This document shows, piece after piece, positions 37,532-48,054 of a DNA stretch of 64,000 bases. This DNA is from a virus (taxonomy: Duplodnaviria; Caudoviricetes). Each line of letters begins with the position of its first letter. The first letter of the stretch is position 1. The DNA lies in the IMG/VR virus record IMGVR_UViG_3300006805_000023. One strand, given 5' to 3'. The position numbers and the translations under genes were made by a program. The notes under the pieces were generated by a model that saw nothing but the letters and a program-made list of their open reading frames with translations, had not been told where the DNA came from and made no database searches.

Positions 37532-38679
37532 TAGAACGGGTAGTCACAGGCGCGCTTGATCTTACGCCGACGCTCCGGCTTGCTGACTTGTGCAGCTTCT
37601 TGGTCGTAGGTGGCCTTATCGCTCTGCACTGTTACGTCGCCCTTTTTCTTGTCAAGGTGCAACAGACGCTTGGGGTTCAGCACAATATCCTGCTCGCTCT
37701 CGATCAGGACGTCCTTTTTGGAGGAGATCTCGATGTTCTCCACCGAGAACAGCTTGAGCTTCTTGTTCTTGCGGTCGAGCAGCACCGTCTGGTCGCCGTC
37801 TTTAGTGAACAGGAACACGCGCTGCTGAGTCTCGTTCACCGACACCCCGTAACCGTCCGGGGTTTGCATAGACACCTTGCCGGTCGCGTCATCCAAGACG
37901 ATCCTCTTACCGCCTGGAGTCCAGGCCTCGATGGAACCGGCGTCCACCACTCGAAGGAGGGCTCCCCGTGGCGAGGCAATCTCACACACGTTCCCGATGT
38001 CGTCAACCGTGATTTGCCAGTTACCGAAGGTATAGAGCTGCACTGCCAAATAGTCAGGGTCGGAGCTGAACGTGATGCCGCGTGCCTTGGCGGTTCCCTT
38101 TTTGGTTTGCTCCCCAATGGCAGCCTCCAAGGAGATCACGCCGCGTTCTGTGTTGAGCCAGAAGAAGTTGTCGTGGATGTCAGCCAGCACCAGGCGCTCG
38201 CGGTCCTTGCGGTCGTCCAGCTCCAGGCGTTTCTGCAGGGGCGACACCAGCACGAAGTTGTCCGGGGCGTCCTCGTCGCCACCGTCTGAATCGGACTCGC
38301 TCTTCAGATCGCCGTCCGACCGCTTCTTACCAAACAGGCTGGTCGGCCAGAACCGGTGCTTGTTGGCTCCCTTGCCGTCGATCATCGTGTCGGTGCCGGG
38401 GGCAGCTCCGAAGTACACCGGATACTCGTGATCACCGTCTTGGAACTCCACCCAGACGTCGGTGCCAACGACAGGCACCCACACCATACCGTGCTTCTTG
38501 CCGCACTCCTTACGGGGTTGCGCCCACGGCAGCTTTTTGACCGGCGTATCCTGAGAGTGGATGCCATGGACTCTCACCCTCACACGGTACAAACGTTTAG
38601 GGTCCACCCTGGCTTCGACGCGTGCCCGGTAGAGGCCGTGATAGATGCCAGCCGAGTCTGGCTGTTCGAGAAACTTCAT
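37522..38679 (-). CDS. baseplate central spike, gp5/VgrG-like OB fold plus beta-helix
   Basis: DP...RVRVRV..IH......LPWA...WVP.VG..VWVEF.DGD..YPV..G; C-terminal beta repeats. Confidence 0.85.
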   Translation of the reverse strand: MKFLEQPDSAGIYHGLYRARVEARVDPKRLYRVRVRVHGIHSQDTPVKKLPWAQPRKECGKKHGMVWVPVVGTDVWVEFQDGDHEYPVYFGAAPGTDTMIDGKGANKHRFWPTSLFGKKRSDGDLKSESDSDGGDEDAPDNFVLVSPLQKRLELDDRKDRERLVLADIHDNFFWLNTERGVISLEAAIGEQTKKGTAKARGITFSSDPDYLAVQLYTFGNWQITVDDIGNVCEIASPRGALLRVVDAGSIEAWTPGGKRIVLDDATGKVSMQTPDGYGVSVNETQQRVFLFTKDGDQTVLLDRKNKKLKLFSVENIEISSKKDVLIESEQDIVLNPKRLLHLDKKKGDVTVQSDKATYDQEAAQVSKPERRRKIKRACDYPFYQP

Positions 38680-38744
38680 CCGTGCGATACTTAGGGTTGG
38701 GAGGTGGGGTTGACGACGGCCAAAATCCGTGGAAGGTTACCTGC

Positions 38745-39125
38745 ATGCAAAAAACCCAACTCAAGCAATCTCCTGTTCTCAAGCCTGCGACTCACCTCTC
38801 ACACGTGCTGGCTTGGCGCGGCACTCCGGACCGTTTCAACTTCGGCTACGCTCAAGGTGCCACGATCACATGGTCCGCAGTTAAGGGCGTCTGGGAGTTC
38901 AACTCCTACCTCAACGGTGAGAAGGCTCGTGTCTCCTACATCGAAAAGGGCGACTTCGTGTGGGAGGCCAACACGCCTCCGAACTACTTCAAGGTGGTCA
39001 ATGCGTCCAACACCATTGGCCATATGAGAAGCCTCTACGCTGAGGACGGCAAGGTCTCGAAGTGGGATGGCGAGAAGCTGGTCCCGTCCACCCTTGCGGA
39101 ACTGCTCAAGGGTACTGAGCGTTAG
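38745..39125 (+). CDS. hypothetical protein
   Basis: ATG 38745, weak TTGACG-N17-AAGGTT upstream. Confidence 0.55.
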   Translation: MQKTQLKQSPVLKPATHLSHVLAWRGTPDRFNFGYAQGATITWSAVKGVWEFNSYLNGEKARVSYIEKGDFVWEANTPPNYFKVVNASNTIGHMRSLYAEDGKVSKWDGEKLVPSTLAELLKGTER

Positions 39126-39216
39126 TCTGTTGCGTTGCGTTCTTGTTCTTCCTAGCCAAGTAAAAACCAAGCACAAGACCAAGTAAAACGCAAGCAACAA
39201 GACAAACACCAAGCCC

Positions 39217-40344
39217 ATGAGTTCATTCCTTAAGACTGCTATCAAGACCTCGAAGCCGAAATCCAGCGACCGCTACAAGCTTCCAGACGATAAGAAAGAC
39301 CACATCGTCCGCATCATCCCCTTCGCCGAAGGGTGCTGGTCGTTCAAAATCATCCAGCACTGGGCTCCCGACCCGACCGGCGAAAGCCAGTTCGACAAGA
39401 GCTACATCTGCCCCCGCGACCAGCCCAAGGCTTACCTCCTGAAAGAGGGCCAAGACGAGCTTCCAACTTTCAACAAGGAGTGTCCCTTCGAGCTGCGCAT
39501 CGACGAGGCCGTCGGCGAAATGGAAGGGCTCGGCGGCAAGTCCGACGAAGCCTCCAAGAAGCGCCTCCGTTTCCTGCGCTCCCTGGAATGGGCTCTCAAA
39601 GGTCAGGAGTCCTACTACATGCAGATCCTGGACCGCGAAGACCCGTCTGGTGTCCGCGACTTCTACGCGCAGCCGAAGCTGCATGACGCCATCCTCTCCG
39701 CCTACACGGACTACGCCATTGAGGCGACCGGCGTGACGGACCGCGATGCTCTGATGGAACTCAGCGACGACGAGATCCCTGACCTGTTCGATGTCCTTAA
39801 GGGACATGATATCCTGTTGCGCAAAACCCCCAAATCCACTGGTCAGGGCCACGTGTTCCACGCGCAGATCGTTGTTGCTGAGTCTCCTCTCGCCAAGACC
39901 CCAGCCGAAGTTCGCCTGCTGCAAAAGCAGCTCAAGGACCCGGTTGCCATGGTCAAGGCGCAGATCGAGGAGCAGTCCTCCGACATCGACGCAGCTCTGG
40001 AAGCAGCCGAACAGCGCGTCAAGCTCAAGCAGAACTCCAGCAAGCCCATCAAGGGCGCTGAGGTCTCCGACGATGCCCTGTTCGAAGGCCGTGGCAAGCC
40101 CGGTGGTGCTGGTCCAGCATCCCGTCCGGCCCCACGCCAGAATCGTCGCAACACCGACGACGATCTCCCGCACCTCGACCCGGTTGATAACGGCTCCGAC
40201 GCCCCTGATTTCAACGCTGGCGATGCCGACGACGACGAAGCACAGTTCACTCAGCAGGCTCCGGTCACGCCGAAGTCTACCAGTGCCTCACGCCGTCCTG
40301 GCTCCAGGATCGCCGACCAGCTCGCCGATCTCGACGCCGAGTAA
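39217..40344 (+). CDS. single-stranded DNA-binding protein, gp32-like
   Basis: VRIIP....QHW...YICP...CPF; acidic C-terminus; directly upstream of the recombinase. Confidence 0.7.
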   Translation: MSSFLKTAIKTSKPKSSDRYKLPDDKKDHIVRIIPFAEGCWSFKIIQHWAPDPTGESQFDKSYICPRDQPKAYLLKEGQDELPTFNKECPFELRIDEAVGEMEGLGGKSDEASKKRLRFLRSLEWALKGQESYYMQILDREDPSGVRDFYAQPKLHDAILSAYTDYAIEATGVTDRDALMELSDDEIPDLFDVLKGHDILLRKTPKSTGQGHVFHAQIVVAESPLAKTPAEVRLLQKQLKDPVAMVKAQIEEQSSDIDAALEAAEQRVKLKQNSSKPIKGAEVSDDALFEGRGKPGGAGPASRPAPRQNRRNTDDDLPHLDPVDNGSDAPDFNAGDADDDEAQFTQQAPVTPKSTSASRRPGSRIADQLADLDAE

Positions 40345-40382
40345 TCCAGGACCTCCAACCCACATACTAACAGGAGATCCAT

Positions 40383-41621
40383 ATGGGAGACGAAAATGAT
40401 GGCGCGGTGACAGTTATCCCCCCGAAGGGGCCGCAGCAAAAGCGTGAAATGGTCGTCAAAAAGAAGACGGCACCGGACCTTGACCTCGATAGCCTGCTCA
40501 CCACAGCATGCAAGGGCAAGACCGGCGAGGACGAATCGTTCAGTGCTGTTACGATGATCGACCTGATGGCTACGCCTGAGGTCTTCGGTACCGGCATCGA
40601 ACAGCTGGACCGGATGCTCGGTGGCGGTTTTCATTGGGGTCGCATGGCGGAGTTGTTCGGACCCAACAAGTCCGGCAAGACAGAGCTGGCCCGGTTTATC
40701 TCGGCGTCGATTCTGGAAGCCGACCCCGATGTCGAGGTCTGGTATTTCGATCAGGAGTTTGCCCTCAATCCGGCGATCCTCCACAAGTATCCGTCATTGA
40801 GTCTGCGCAACGCCGCTGGTAAGCTGCGTTTCCGCCCGATCTCAGTGTCGAGTCTTGAGGAGTACTTCAAGCTGATGTACAAGGCCCTGCGCATGCTCGG
40901 CACCATCAACGAGAAGGCCATCAAAGAAGGCACTCCAACCAAGAAGATCGTGTTCGTCCTCGACTCGGTGCCAGCCCTCAAGGCCAACGCATCGGTTGAG
41001 AACGAGGAATTCGAGAAAAGCTCCCTGTTGCCGGAGCCCCGCATCTGGTCGGACCAGACCTCCAAACTGCGGCAGTACCTGGCACACGTCGGAGCCTTCG
41101 CGATCATGGTCAACCAGATCCGTGACAAGCCAGGCACCCCGTCTTACGTCGATCCGGAGAGCCCAGGCGGTCAGGCCCTCAAATTCTACGCCGACTACCG
41201 CCTTTACCTGCGGACGTCGAGCAAGTTCAGTTTCTCCAAGGGACGCTCAGTCCCGACCCGGAAGCGCAGTTCGGGCTTCTTCTCCAAAATCACGGTTCGC
41301 AAGAACAAGACCGGTCTTCCCGACCGCGAAATGGAGATGGTCATCACGTTCACGGACGCTCTCGGCAAGAAGTCGGGGATCTCGCCGGAGTGGACCCTGT
41401 TCTACTCGCTGCTGGATGCCAAGATCATCAAGTCCGCCGGTGGCAAGTTCAGGATCGCTGGTCTTGAGGAGGGCTTCACCCGCCTTGACTGGGTCAACCT
41501 CTGCGACGACCTGCTCAAGGTGGATGGCTCGGCGCTCCGGGTCGCCCTCGACACTTGGGTCGAGCGTCAGCTGTCCAACGACTCTGGAAGCGCCGGTGGC
41601 GGCGAGGAAGAAGACGAGTAA
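40383..41621 (+). CDS. RecA/UvsX-like recombinase
   Basis: TG...LD..LGGG...G...ELFGPNKSGKT, VLDSV, VNQIR, GG.ALKFYA..R. Confidence 0.92.
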   Translation: MGDENDGAVTVIPPKGPQQKREMVVKKKTAPDLDLDSLLTTACKGKTGEDESFSAVTMIDLMATPEVFGTGIEQLDRMLGGGFHWGRMAELFGPNKSGKTELARFISASILEADPDVEVWYFDQEFALNPAILHKYPSLSLRNAAGKLRFRPISVSSLEEYFKLMYKALRMLGTINEKAIKEGTPTKKIVFVLDSVPALKANASVENEEFEKSSLLPEPRIWSDQTSKLRQYLAHVGAFAIMVNQIRDKPGTPSYVDPESPGGQALKFYADYRLYLRTSSKFSFSKGRSVPTRKRSSGFFSKITVRKNKTGLPDREMEMVITFTDALGKKSGISPEWTLFYSLLDAKIIKSAGGKFRIAGLEEGFTRLDWVNLCDDLLKVDGSALRVALDTWVERQLSNDSGSAGGGEEEDE

Positions 41622-41629
41622 CTGTTACC

Positions 41630-44600
41630 ATGAGTGATCCTTGGAACTGGTGCAACCCGCCGTCAGTTCCTTCCCTTGGGGAAGGGTGTCCACCTTGTTC
41701 AGGAACGGACGTCCTTCTAACCGCCAAGTATCAGCGTGACAACGCTAGCGGGTGGGGCTCAGGCCCCTCACGTTGCCTCTACCGGCTGATCTCAGCCCTC
41801 TGGCAACGCTACCACGTCCTAGGGCAAGCCAAGCCCGACTTCATCGAGAACGGGATCAGTTTCAAGGCTGGCTCCGAACTCTTCTTGAAGACCGTGGCAC
41901 TTAGAAACGGCTACGGTGAACAGCTGGCTCAGGTTCACCAGCGCATTTTGGAGGTTGGCCTGAGTTTCGCCAACCTCGATGGCACCCAGGTTACTCGACA
42001 GGACATGCTCGGATGGGGCGTCAAGGAGTCGCCCCCAAGCTACCCGGACGACTGCACGGGAGCCCTACGGGCGCTATGGAACCTGCGCTACCGCAAGGCA
42101 ACCGCCTTGCAGGTCTCTGGCGTCTTCAAATACTGCCCGTTTGATCGGAAGGGCATGGTCTCGCTCCAATGGAAGGTGCCGAGCTACATCAACTGCCGCA
42201 GGCTCGTGAATCCGCGACTGGTGTCGGCGTCGGCCACCCAAGGAACCATCACACTGTCCGGAGACGACAACTCGTTTATCCAGGTGCTGTACCGGCTCGA
42301 CCGGCCCGCCAACGCCTTTGTGCGTCAGATCAATGGAATCACACGCGTCACCCAGACCACGGGTCGCTACCTGCGCGCTTACGCCCCCAACCATTTCGAC
42401 GAGCGCCTGTATGTGGAGCGCTCTGAGCTGTCTTTCGCTACCGATGAATCAGGCAGTCTGGAGCAACAGCTTCTCACAGCCAGGCACTACATCGGGCCAC
42501 AGGCAGCCGTTACAGGGTGGAACGAGTCTCATTCCTCGGATGAGATCTCCTCCGAGGACCTCGTGCTGGCTGGGACCGACCCGGCCTTAGGCGTCCACAT
42601 CTACCCAGGGCTGAACGTCCTGATGGCTCCAGTCGATCAAGCCTATTCTGGGTTTGCGTGGCGGTTGGAGGGGAACGTAATCAAGAGGCTGGGAGAACCA
42701 GCTGACGTTACTCGGAACGTCAAGGAGGTGCCGTGGAACCGGTTGTTGTTCATGACTGACAACTCTGGGAACATGGACTTCTCGGATTTCACAAAGCCTG
42801 AATACAACGGCAAGCCCTGGAACGATCTGGACCTGATGGAGGCGGTGTTCTCCAGCTCGAACGAGCCCTTCATGACCATCGGAGGCCTCACTTACACGAA
42901 CCGAGGATCGGTGCCGTGGATGGTGCCTGGAGTCGATCAGGTGGACTTCGTGGTAGAGGGTGTGACGGTTGAGATCCCGTTTGATCAAGACGATGCCATA
43001 GGTGACGTCCCGGCGTTCGAAACTGGATTCTGGGCTCAACCGCGTCTGGTCATTATCCAGCGCTCCCCCACGGTGCGCGGATCGCTTCGAGCATGCTTTA
43101 CCGCGCCGGTTTACGAGGGCGACTCGCCGGACCCGTTGTCATGGACCGCCCGTGTTATCTGCAAGGACTCTCCGTTCAACCAGCAGGTGCAGCAAGTTGG
43201 CGGTGGAGTGCTGGTCAGCGACCTCACCTGTTTTAGCTTCGCCCTACCAGGGTTCCTGTCGGATGGCTCATTGCGGGCTGGCACCCTCAAGCTGGAGGTG
43301 CTGTTTTCGAACGGGCGCTCGTTGTCCGACTTTGTTCAGGTGTGCTCCCTCATTCCAGGCGGGGCGTTCGACCTGCCAAGCTCCAGCTCCAGCCATTCCT
43401 CGGAGTCATCACAACCGATCCCGCCGTGTCAAGAGGAGTTCGTGCGCCGGATGGTCGGTTACGAGTTTCTGAATTCAGACGCGATCGGACCTTTTGCCGA
43501 CGTTCCCCCGCCAGTCCGTGTCGTGAATGGCTCGATTCACGGGGAGGATGGCGGTGCCTTGGAGGCGTATGGGCTCGTCAACTGCCCCAGCTTCATTTTC
43601 AAGCCGCAGCGGTCTAACTGGGACTCGCGTTGGCAGCTCGCCATCTTTCACTCGTTCATCTTCCTTCGGCCAGACTTTGACGCTAGGACCTTGCCGATCG
43701 TAGGGGAGGTCAATGAGCCAGGGCCAGACCCAGGAAACCCATCCCTAGGATTCTCGTCCGTGCATTGGGACATCGAGTTTTCCAACGAGACAGGCACGTA
43801 TGGGTTCATTGACTGGGAAAAACGTCGCGGTTTCCCTTATCCAGGCGGGAGAGTGTTCTTCCAAGACTGGGAGGGTGCCAGTAACCTTTACACGAACTGG
43901 AGACTGGGAAGGACACCGGTTGTTTATCACACCACCTATTGGCCTCTTAACCTAGTGACTGAGGCTCAGATAGCTCCACTCGCCTTTTACGACGCCATGT
44001 GCGTTGACTTGGAGATCACCGATGCTGTGCCAGCCATGCCAGTGTACAACACTGATCCGTTGCTTGTCGGAGAACTGTACGCAGCCTGGAGAACCTACAA
44101 CGCAAATCCAGGGCCTTACACTGTGTACAGCCCAGTGATAGTTGACGGTCACACCCGGTCCAGGTATGACGGCCTCACTCAGGCCGGTAGAGCAGCGCGC
44201 AACTTTATCCGGGACGTGCTGGGCTTCGACATGGGCAACCTGGACTTCGGAGACGGCTTTCCAAATGGAGTCCTTGGAAACTGGTTTGCATCTGCTGTCA
44301 TCATGTGCTCTGGTAGGACGCATCCGCGCCTAGTGCAGGTTCTGGGTAACGAGGAGTTTTCGTCTGATGAACGCGAGTCATCGGGAGGCCCGGACGAGCG
44401 TTCATCAAGCTCATCGTCCAGTCAGAGCAACGCCAGTTCCTCCTCCAGCTCTCAGAGTGTCGAGTGTACCAACCAGCCGTTGGCCCCGAATCTGAGCATC
44501 TTCAACTGGATGCTCTATGAGATCACCGATCCAGTGAGAGCAAGCTGGGACCCGCGCTGGAGCCTGCATGTGGTGCACCGTCTCACGCTCAGCTCGACCG

Positions 44601-45919
44601 ACCCGACGTTCAACCCGATCGAGTGGGGCGAGAGGATCGTGGACGAAAAGCCGAACATGCACTACCAGTATGACGGACCCGGAAACGGTCTCTATCTGGC
44701 GTGGTATGCTTCGTTCCCGCTTGAGGCTGGCACCGTGCAGACTGCCGCCCTGTCGGCGTCCCGGTCTCTATTTGATCCGCAGGCACCACCGGTCCCACAA
44801 GGCAGCCCTGGACCTAATGGCCTATACGAATCGTACATCATTCAGGATGCCAGCGAGGCAGACTTCAAGTCCTTCTTCCTTGGCCTTGGAGTTGACATCG
44901 ACAACATCGACCTCAGTGGTGGCGTCGCCTCGTTGATGTGGGAGGCCTACAGCGAGGTCACTCTGGCATGTCCTGGCTGGTCTCCCTCGCTGCCGTCCGG
45001 AAGCGTTGCCCTGCAGACCTCGTCGAGTTCTTCCCTCAGCGTCCCAGAGACATCATCGTACAGCTCGGAAAGCTCTGCATCATCTGGCAGCTCTCTATCC
45101 GAGGCAAGCTCGTCATCATCGTCCAGCTCACAATCCGAGCTTAGCTCAAGCTCTTCGTCCTCCAAAAGCTCCCCCACATCAGACAGCTCGATATCCGAGT
45201 TGAGCTCGGCGTCGTCCAGTTCCTCCAGTTCCTCCTCGTCCCACAGCTCCTTGTCGGAAATCAGCTCAGCCAGCTCCCTGTCCTCCCTAAGCTCGTTGTC
45301 TGAGGCAAGCTCATCAAGTTCGTCCTCGAACTCCAGCTCCTCCTCCTCGAACTCCTCTTCGTCAAGCTCCACGGTGTGCGCCAACCAAACCCTGGCAGCG
45401 GTGTCCTCCCCCAACGGACATGCATTCAGGCATGATATCACCAACCCAGCTCTGGTTGACTGGCACCCAAGCTGGAAGTTGTCGCCGGTGTTCCTGTTTA
45501 AGTTCTCTGGGTCCTTCACCAACGCAAGCAGCGTTGTGACCTCCTACAACTGGGCATCGCGCATTCCTGGGTCTCCGCCGACCGGGTGGTCGTTTGTAGT
45601 GGTTGAAGGTGAGTTGTTCGCGACTTGGTCACGCCTGCTGACTCCGGACTTTAGCCAGACCTACCAGACGGCGGCCTTAGCCACCGTGGACGCCATGTTT
45701 GCGGCCTTGATTTCCGGATCTTCTGGATCGGATGGCAACGGCGGCTTCACGAAGTATCAGTGGGCTGCCAGTTCCACCGGAGCAAGCCGACTCGACTTCG
45801 TCACGAACACTATGGGGTTGAGCATGTCTGGTCTGAGTGGGTCAGCTCCAGGGACTTGGTTCAACGACTACAACTTCCCGGTGACGTTGTGGACCTCAAC
45901 CAACCGCTTCACCTGTTAA
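41630..45919 (+). CDS. large modular virion protein with poly-serine linkers
   Basis: 1429 aa; three related C-terminal domains, each preceded by a Ser tract. Confidence 0.7.
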   Translation: MSDPWNWCNPPSVPSLGEGCPPCSGTDVLLTAKYQRDNASGWGSGPSRCLYRLISALWQRYHVLGQAKPDFIENGISFKAGSELFLKTVALRNGYGEQLAQVHQRILEVGLSFANLDGTQVTRQDMLGWGVKESPPSYPDDCTGALRALWNLRYRKATALQVSGVFKYCPFDRKGMVSLQWKVPSYINCRRLVNPRLVSASATQGTITLSGDDNSFIQVLYRLDRPANAFVRQINGITRVTQTTGRYLRAYAPNHFDERLYVERSELSFATDESGSLEQQLLTARHYIGPQAAVTGWNESHSSDEISSEDLVLAGTDPALGVHIYPGLNVLMAPVDQAYSGFAWRLEGNVIKRLGEPADVTRNVKEVPWNRLLFMTDNSGNMDFSDFTKPEYNGKPWNDLDLMEAVFSSSNEPFMTIGGLTYTNRGSVPWMVPGVDQVDFVVEGVTVEIPFDQDDAIGDVPAFETGFWAQPRLVIIQRSPTVRGSLRACFTAPVYEGDSPDPLSWTARVICKDSPFNQQVQQVGGGVLVSDLTCFSFALPGFLSDGSLRAGTLKLEVLFSNGRSLSDFVQVCSLIPGGAFDLPSSSSSHSSESSQPIPPCQEEFVRRMVGYEFLNSDAIGPFADVPPPVRVVNGSIHGEDGGALEAYGLVNCPSFIFKPQRSNWDSRWQLAIFHSFIFLRPDFDARTLPIVGEVNEPGPDPGNPSLGFSSVHWDIEFSNETGTYGFIDWEKRRGFPYPGGRVFFQDWEGASNLYTNWRLGRTPVVYHTTYWPLNLVTEAQIAPLAFYDAMCVDLEITDAVPAMPVYNTDPLLVGELYAAWRTYNANPGPYTVYSPVIVDGHTRSRYDGLTQAGRAARNFIRDVLGFDMGNLDFGDGFPNGVLGNWFASAVIMCSGRTHPRLVQVLGNEEFSSDERESSGGPDERSSSSSSSQSNASSSSSSQSVECTNQPLAPNLSIFNWMLYEITDPVRASWDPRWSLHVVHRLTLSSTDPTFNPIEWGERIVDEKPNMHYQYDGPGNGLYLAWYASFPLEAGTVQTAALSASRSLFDPQAPPVPQGSPGPNGLYESYIIQDASEADFKSFFLGLGVDIDNIDLSGGVASLMWEAYSEVTLACPGWSPSLPSGSVALQTSSSSSLSVPETSSYSSESSASSGSSLSEASSSSSSSSQSELSSSSSSSKSSPTSDSSISELSSASSSSSSSSSSHSSLSEISSASSLSSLSSLSEASSSSSSSNSSSSSSNSSSSSSTVCANQTLAAVSSPNGHAFRHDITNPALVDWHPSWKLSPVFLFKFSGSFTNASSVVTSYNWASRIPGSPPTGWSFVVVEGELFATWSRLLTPDFSQTYQTAALATVDAMFAALISGSSGSDGNGGFTKYQWAASSTGASRLDFVTNTMGLSMSGLSGSAPGTWFNDYNFPVTLWTSTNRFTC

Positions 45920-48003
45920 GTGACGACCGGCCCCAGCTGAGAAGCCGACAGGTACTCCGTCATCAGTGAGTTGGTCTTCTCGATGCCAGAGAGAATGCGC
46001 TCAAGCAGAGTTTCCGACCTAAACTGCGAGGTGTTCGGTGAGCTGGCCTGGCTCTTGTCGTCCTGGCCCTTCCCTGGGTTGATGCCACGCTGCTTGACTT
46101 GCTGCTTGATCGCCATGGAGTCCTTCATGACTTGCTTGACTTCCATCTCCAGGCGCTGAGCCTCAGAAAACCGAGTTTCTGCTTCTCTGAGAGCTGCAGC
46201 ACTGTCTGAGGCCTGCGAAATCGCACGCTCCAGCAGGATCACCTGACCGACAGGGTTCTTTACGCCCTCCCAAACACTGCCGAGCACGCCCCTCCCCTTA
46301 GCACCGGCGATCTCCTGATCCTTCTGCTGGCCGGATTGCAGCGCCGTCGAAATGCCACCGATCGTGTACCCAGCGAGAACGGCCAGAGGGCCAGCGGCCC
46401 GCATCATTCCGCCAGCAGCAGCCGCACCACCAGTCGCGGCTGCCCCTCCAGTAGCGCCTCCAAGACCCATCAGGCTAGGCAACAGACGGCCAAGACCGCC
46501 AGCGCCTACCAGCTTAGACAACAACAGGGTGCCGCCAGCTATGGCTGCCCCTCCACCCAGATTACTTCCTATCCCGCCAACCGTCCTTGCAGTGTCTTGC
46601 AGGTCGGACCGCGAGACGTCCATCCCGATACTGTTACCGAGCTTAACCAGACGCTCCGCCATACCATCCCAGAAGGTGTTGATCTTAGCTCCGTACTGTT
46701 CGACGGCCTCACCCATGGTGCGCGTCGAGTCAAAAAACTCACGCATTTTGACCTCGCTCTTTCCGAGGTACGGATCAACGATCGACTTCCCGTCGCTGCG
46801 ATTCTCACTAAGGGCTCCCACGCGGGACGAGGCGTCCTTCATGGAGGCGTACTTTGAGATGTCCATGTCGAGCAGCTTAAGCCACTGCGAGGCCAGCTCC
46901 TGCGACCCGTAGAACCGATCTGACTGGTTCTGATTGTCGAACTGCAACTTGCCTGACTGGTTCTTACGGTACTCCTCCAGGCTGAATTGTGGGGCTTGCC
47001 TCTTCAGCATGTCCTCGACCAGAGTAGCAAGTTGCTCAGAGGCCTTTAGGTCGTTGTTCTTGGAGCGAGCCTGAAGGTTGTGAGCTGCGACCGGGTCAAT
47101 GCCGAGGACCGCAGCCGTCATAGCGTTGTCCTGCATTCCGTGGGCTCCCTCACGTGCCATCAGGTTGCCTGCATACTTCTTGAAATCGAAGCTGGCCCGT
47201 TCCATCAGGCCAGCCGTCGTGATGAGACGCTGAGCGTAAGAGAAGCGATCTTTCTTATCTTGCCTGTTGATCTCTTCGAGGTTGTTGGTCAGAACCGCAA
47301 ACGCCTTGTCACCATTGAGGCCGAACTCACTGGCTGCTTGGGCTATGGTGTTGAACAGCTTCTCGGTGGTGCCCTCATCGAACTGAAGGTCAGACAGAGC
47401 TGTCTTGAACATGGCCGCAGTCGAGGAGTCACTCATCCCAGACATGCGCTGCGACACCAAGGCAGCGTGTTCGAGGCGAGTGGCTTCCTGAGTCAGCCTG
47501 TTACGCGTGTTTGAGGCGTCGGCCAGCACATCCTCAAAGAAGCCACGTCCCATCTCGCGCACTCGGTCGCTGTGGTCCATCATGTTCCTACCGGCGGCCT
47601 TGTAGGCCGCGTCCATCCCGGCGATGATCTGAGACGCCCCCGACATCGACGTGCCGGTTAGAGCCTTAATAGCCTTTGCCTCGTCCTCAAGGGCCACCGC
47701 CCTCTGCTTGTACATTGTGAGGTTTTGCGTCGCTGCCGACATCCCACCCCTCAGCTGCTTTTGGATCTCATCATTCCAGGACACTGAGGTACGGATTATC
47801 TTGAGCAAGGAGTCAGTCAGCTTCCCAATGGCAGCTCTGGTCTTGCCGGTCCTCTCTTCATTATCCTCCAGTTCGTCGTTCAGCTCCCCCACTCCTCTGG
47901 CAGCATCGCGGCCATGACGAGCCAGAGGCGCGATGTTGTTACGAATGACCGGGGCGAGTGCCGCCAATTCGCGTCCTAGGTCTCCAATTTCAGTTACGAG
48001 CAT
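45916..48003 (-). CDS. tape-measure-like protein
   Basis: Helical Ala-rich N-terminus, Gly/Ala-rich hydrophobic patch; TACCTAT 4 nt upstream. Confidence 0.55.
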   Translation of the reverse strand: MLVTEIGDLGRELAALAPVIRNNIAPLARHGRDAARGVGELNDELEDNEERTGKTRAAIGKLTDSLLKIIRTSVSWNDEIQKQLRGGMSAATQNLTMYKQRAVALEDEAKAIKALTGTSMSGASQIIAGMDAAYKAAGRNMMDHSDRVREMGRGFFEDVLADASNTRNRLTQEATRLEHAALVSQRMSGMSDSSTAAMFKTALSDLQFDEGTTEKLFNTIAQAASEFGLNGDKAFAVLTNNLEEINRQDKKDRFSYAQRLITTAGLMERASFDFKKYAGNLMAREGAHGMQDNAMTAAVLGIDPVAAHNLQARSKNNDLKASEQLATLVEDMLKRQAPQFSLEEYRKNQSGKLQFDNQNQSDRFYGSQELASQWLKLLDMDISKYASMKDASSRVGALSENRSDGKSIVDPYLGKSEVKMREFFDSTRTMGEAVEQYGAKINTFWDGMAERLVKLGNSIGMDVSRSDLQDTARTVGGIGSNLGGGAAIAGGTLLLSKLVGAGGLGRLLPSLMGLGGATGGAAATGGAAAAGGMMRAAGPLAVLAGYTIGGISTALQSGQQKDQEIAGAKGRGVLGSVWEGVKNPVGQVILLERAISQASDSAAALREAETRFSEAQRLEMEVKQVMKDSMAIKQQVKQRGINPGKGQDDKSQASSPNTSQFRSETLLERILSGIEKTNSLMTEYLSASQLGPVVT

Positions 48004-48054
48004 CGTTATAGGTAATGGGTGCTGGATCTCCCCGTGGTGTTTTTATTGGAAGCG

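Noticed and set aside
44947-45522. Leu/Glu/Asp-rich minus-strand ORF (also 31737..31952 plus)
   Set aside because: Reverse complement of the poly-Ser codons
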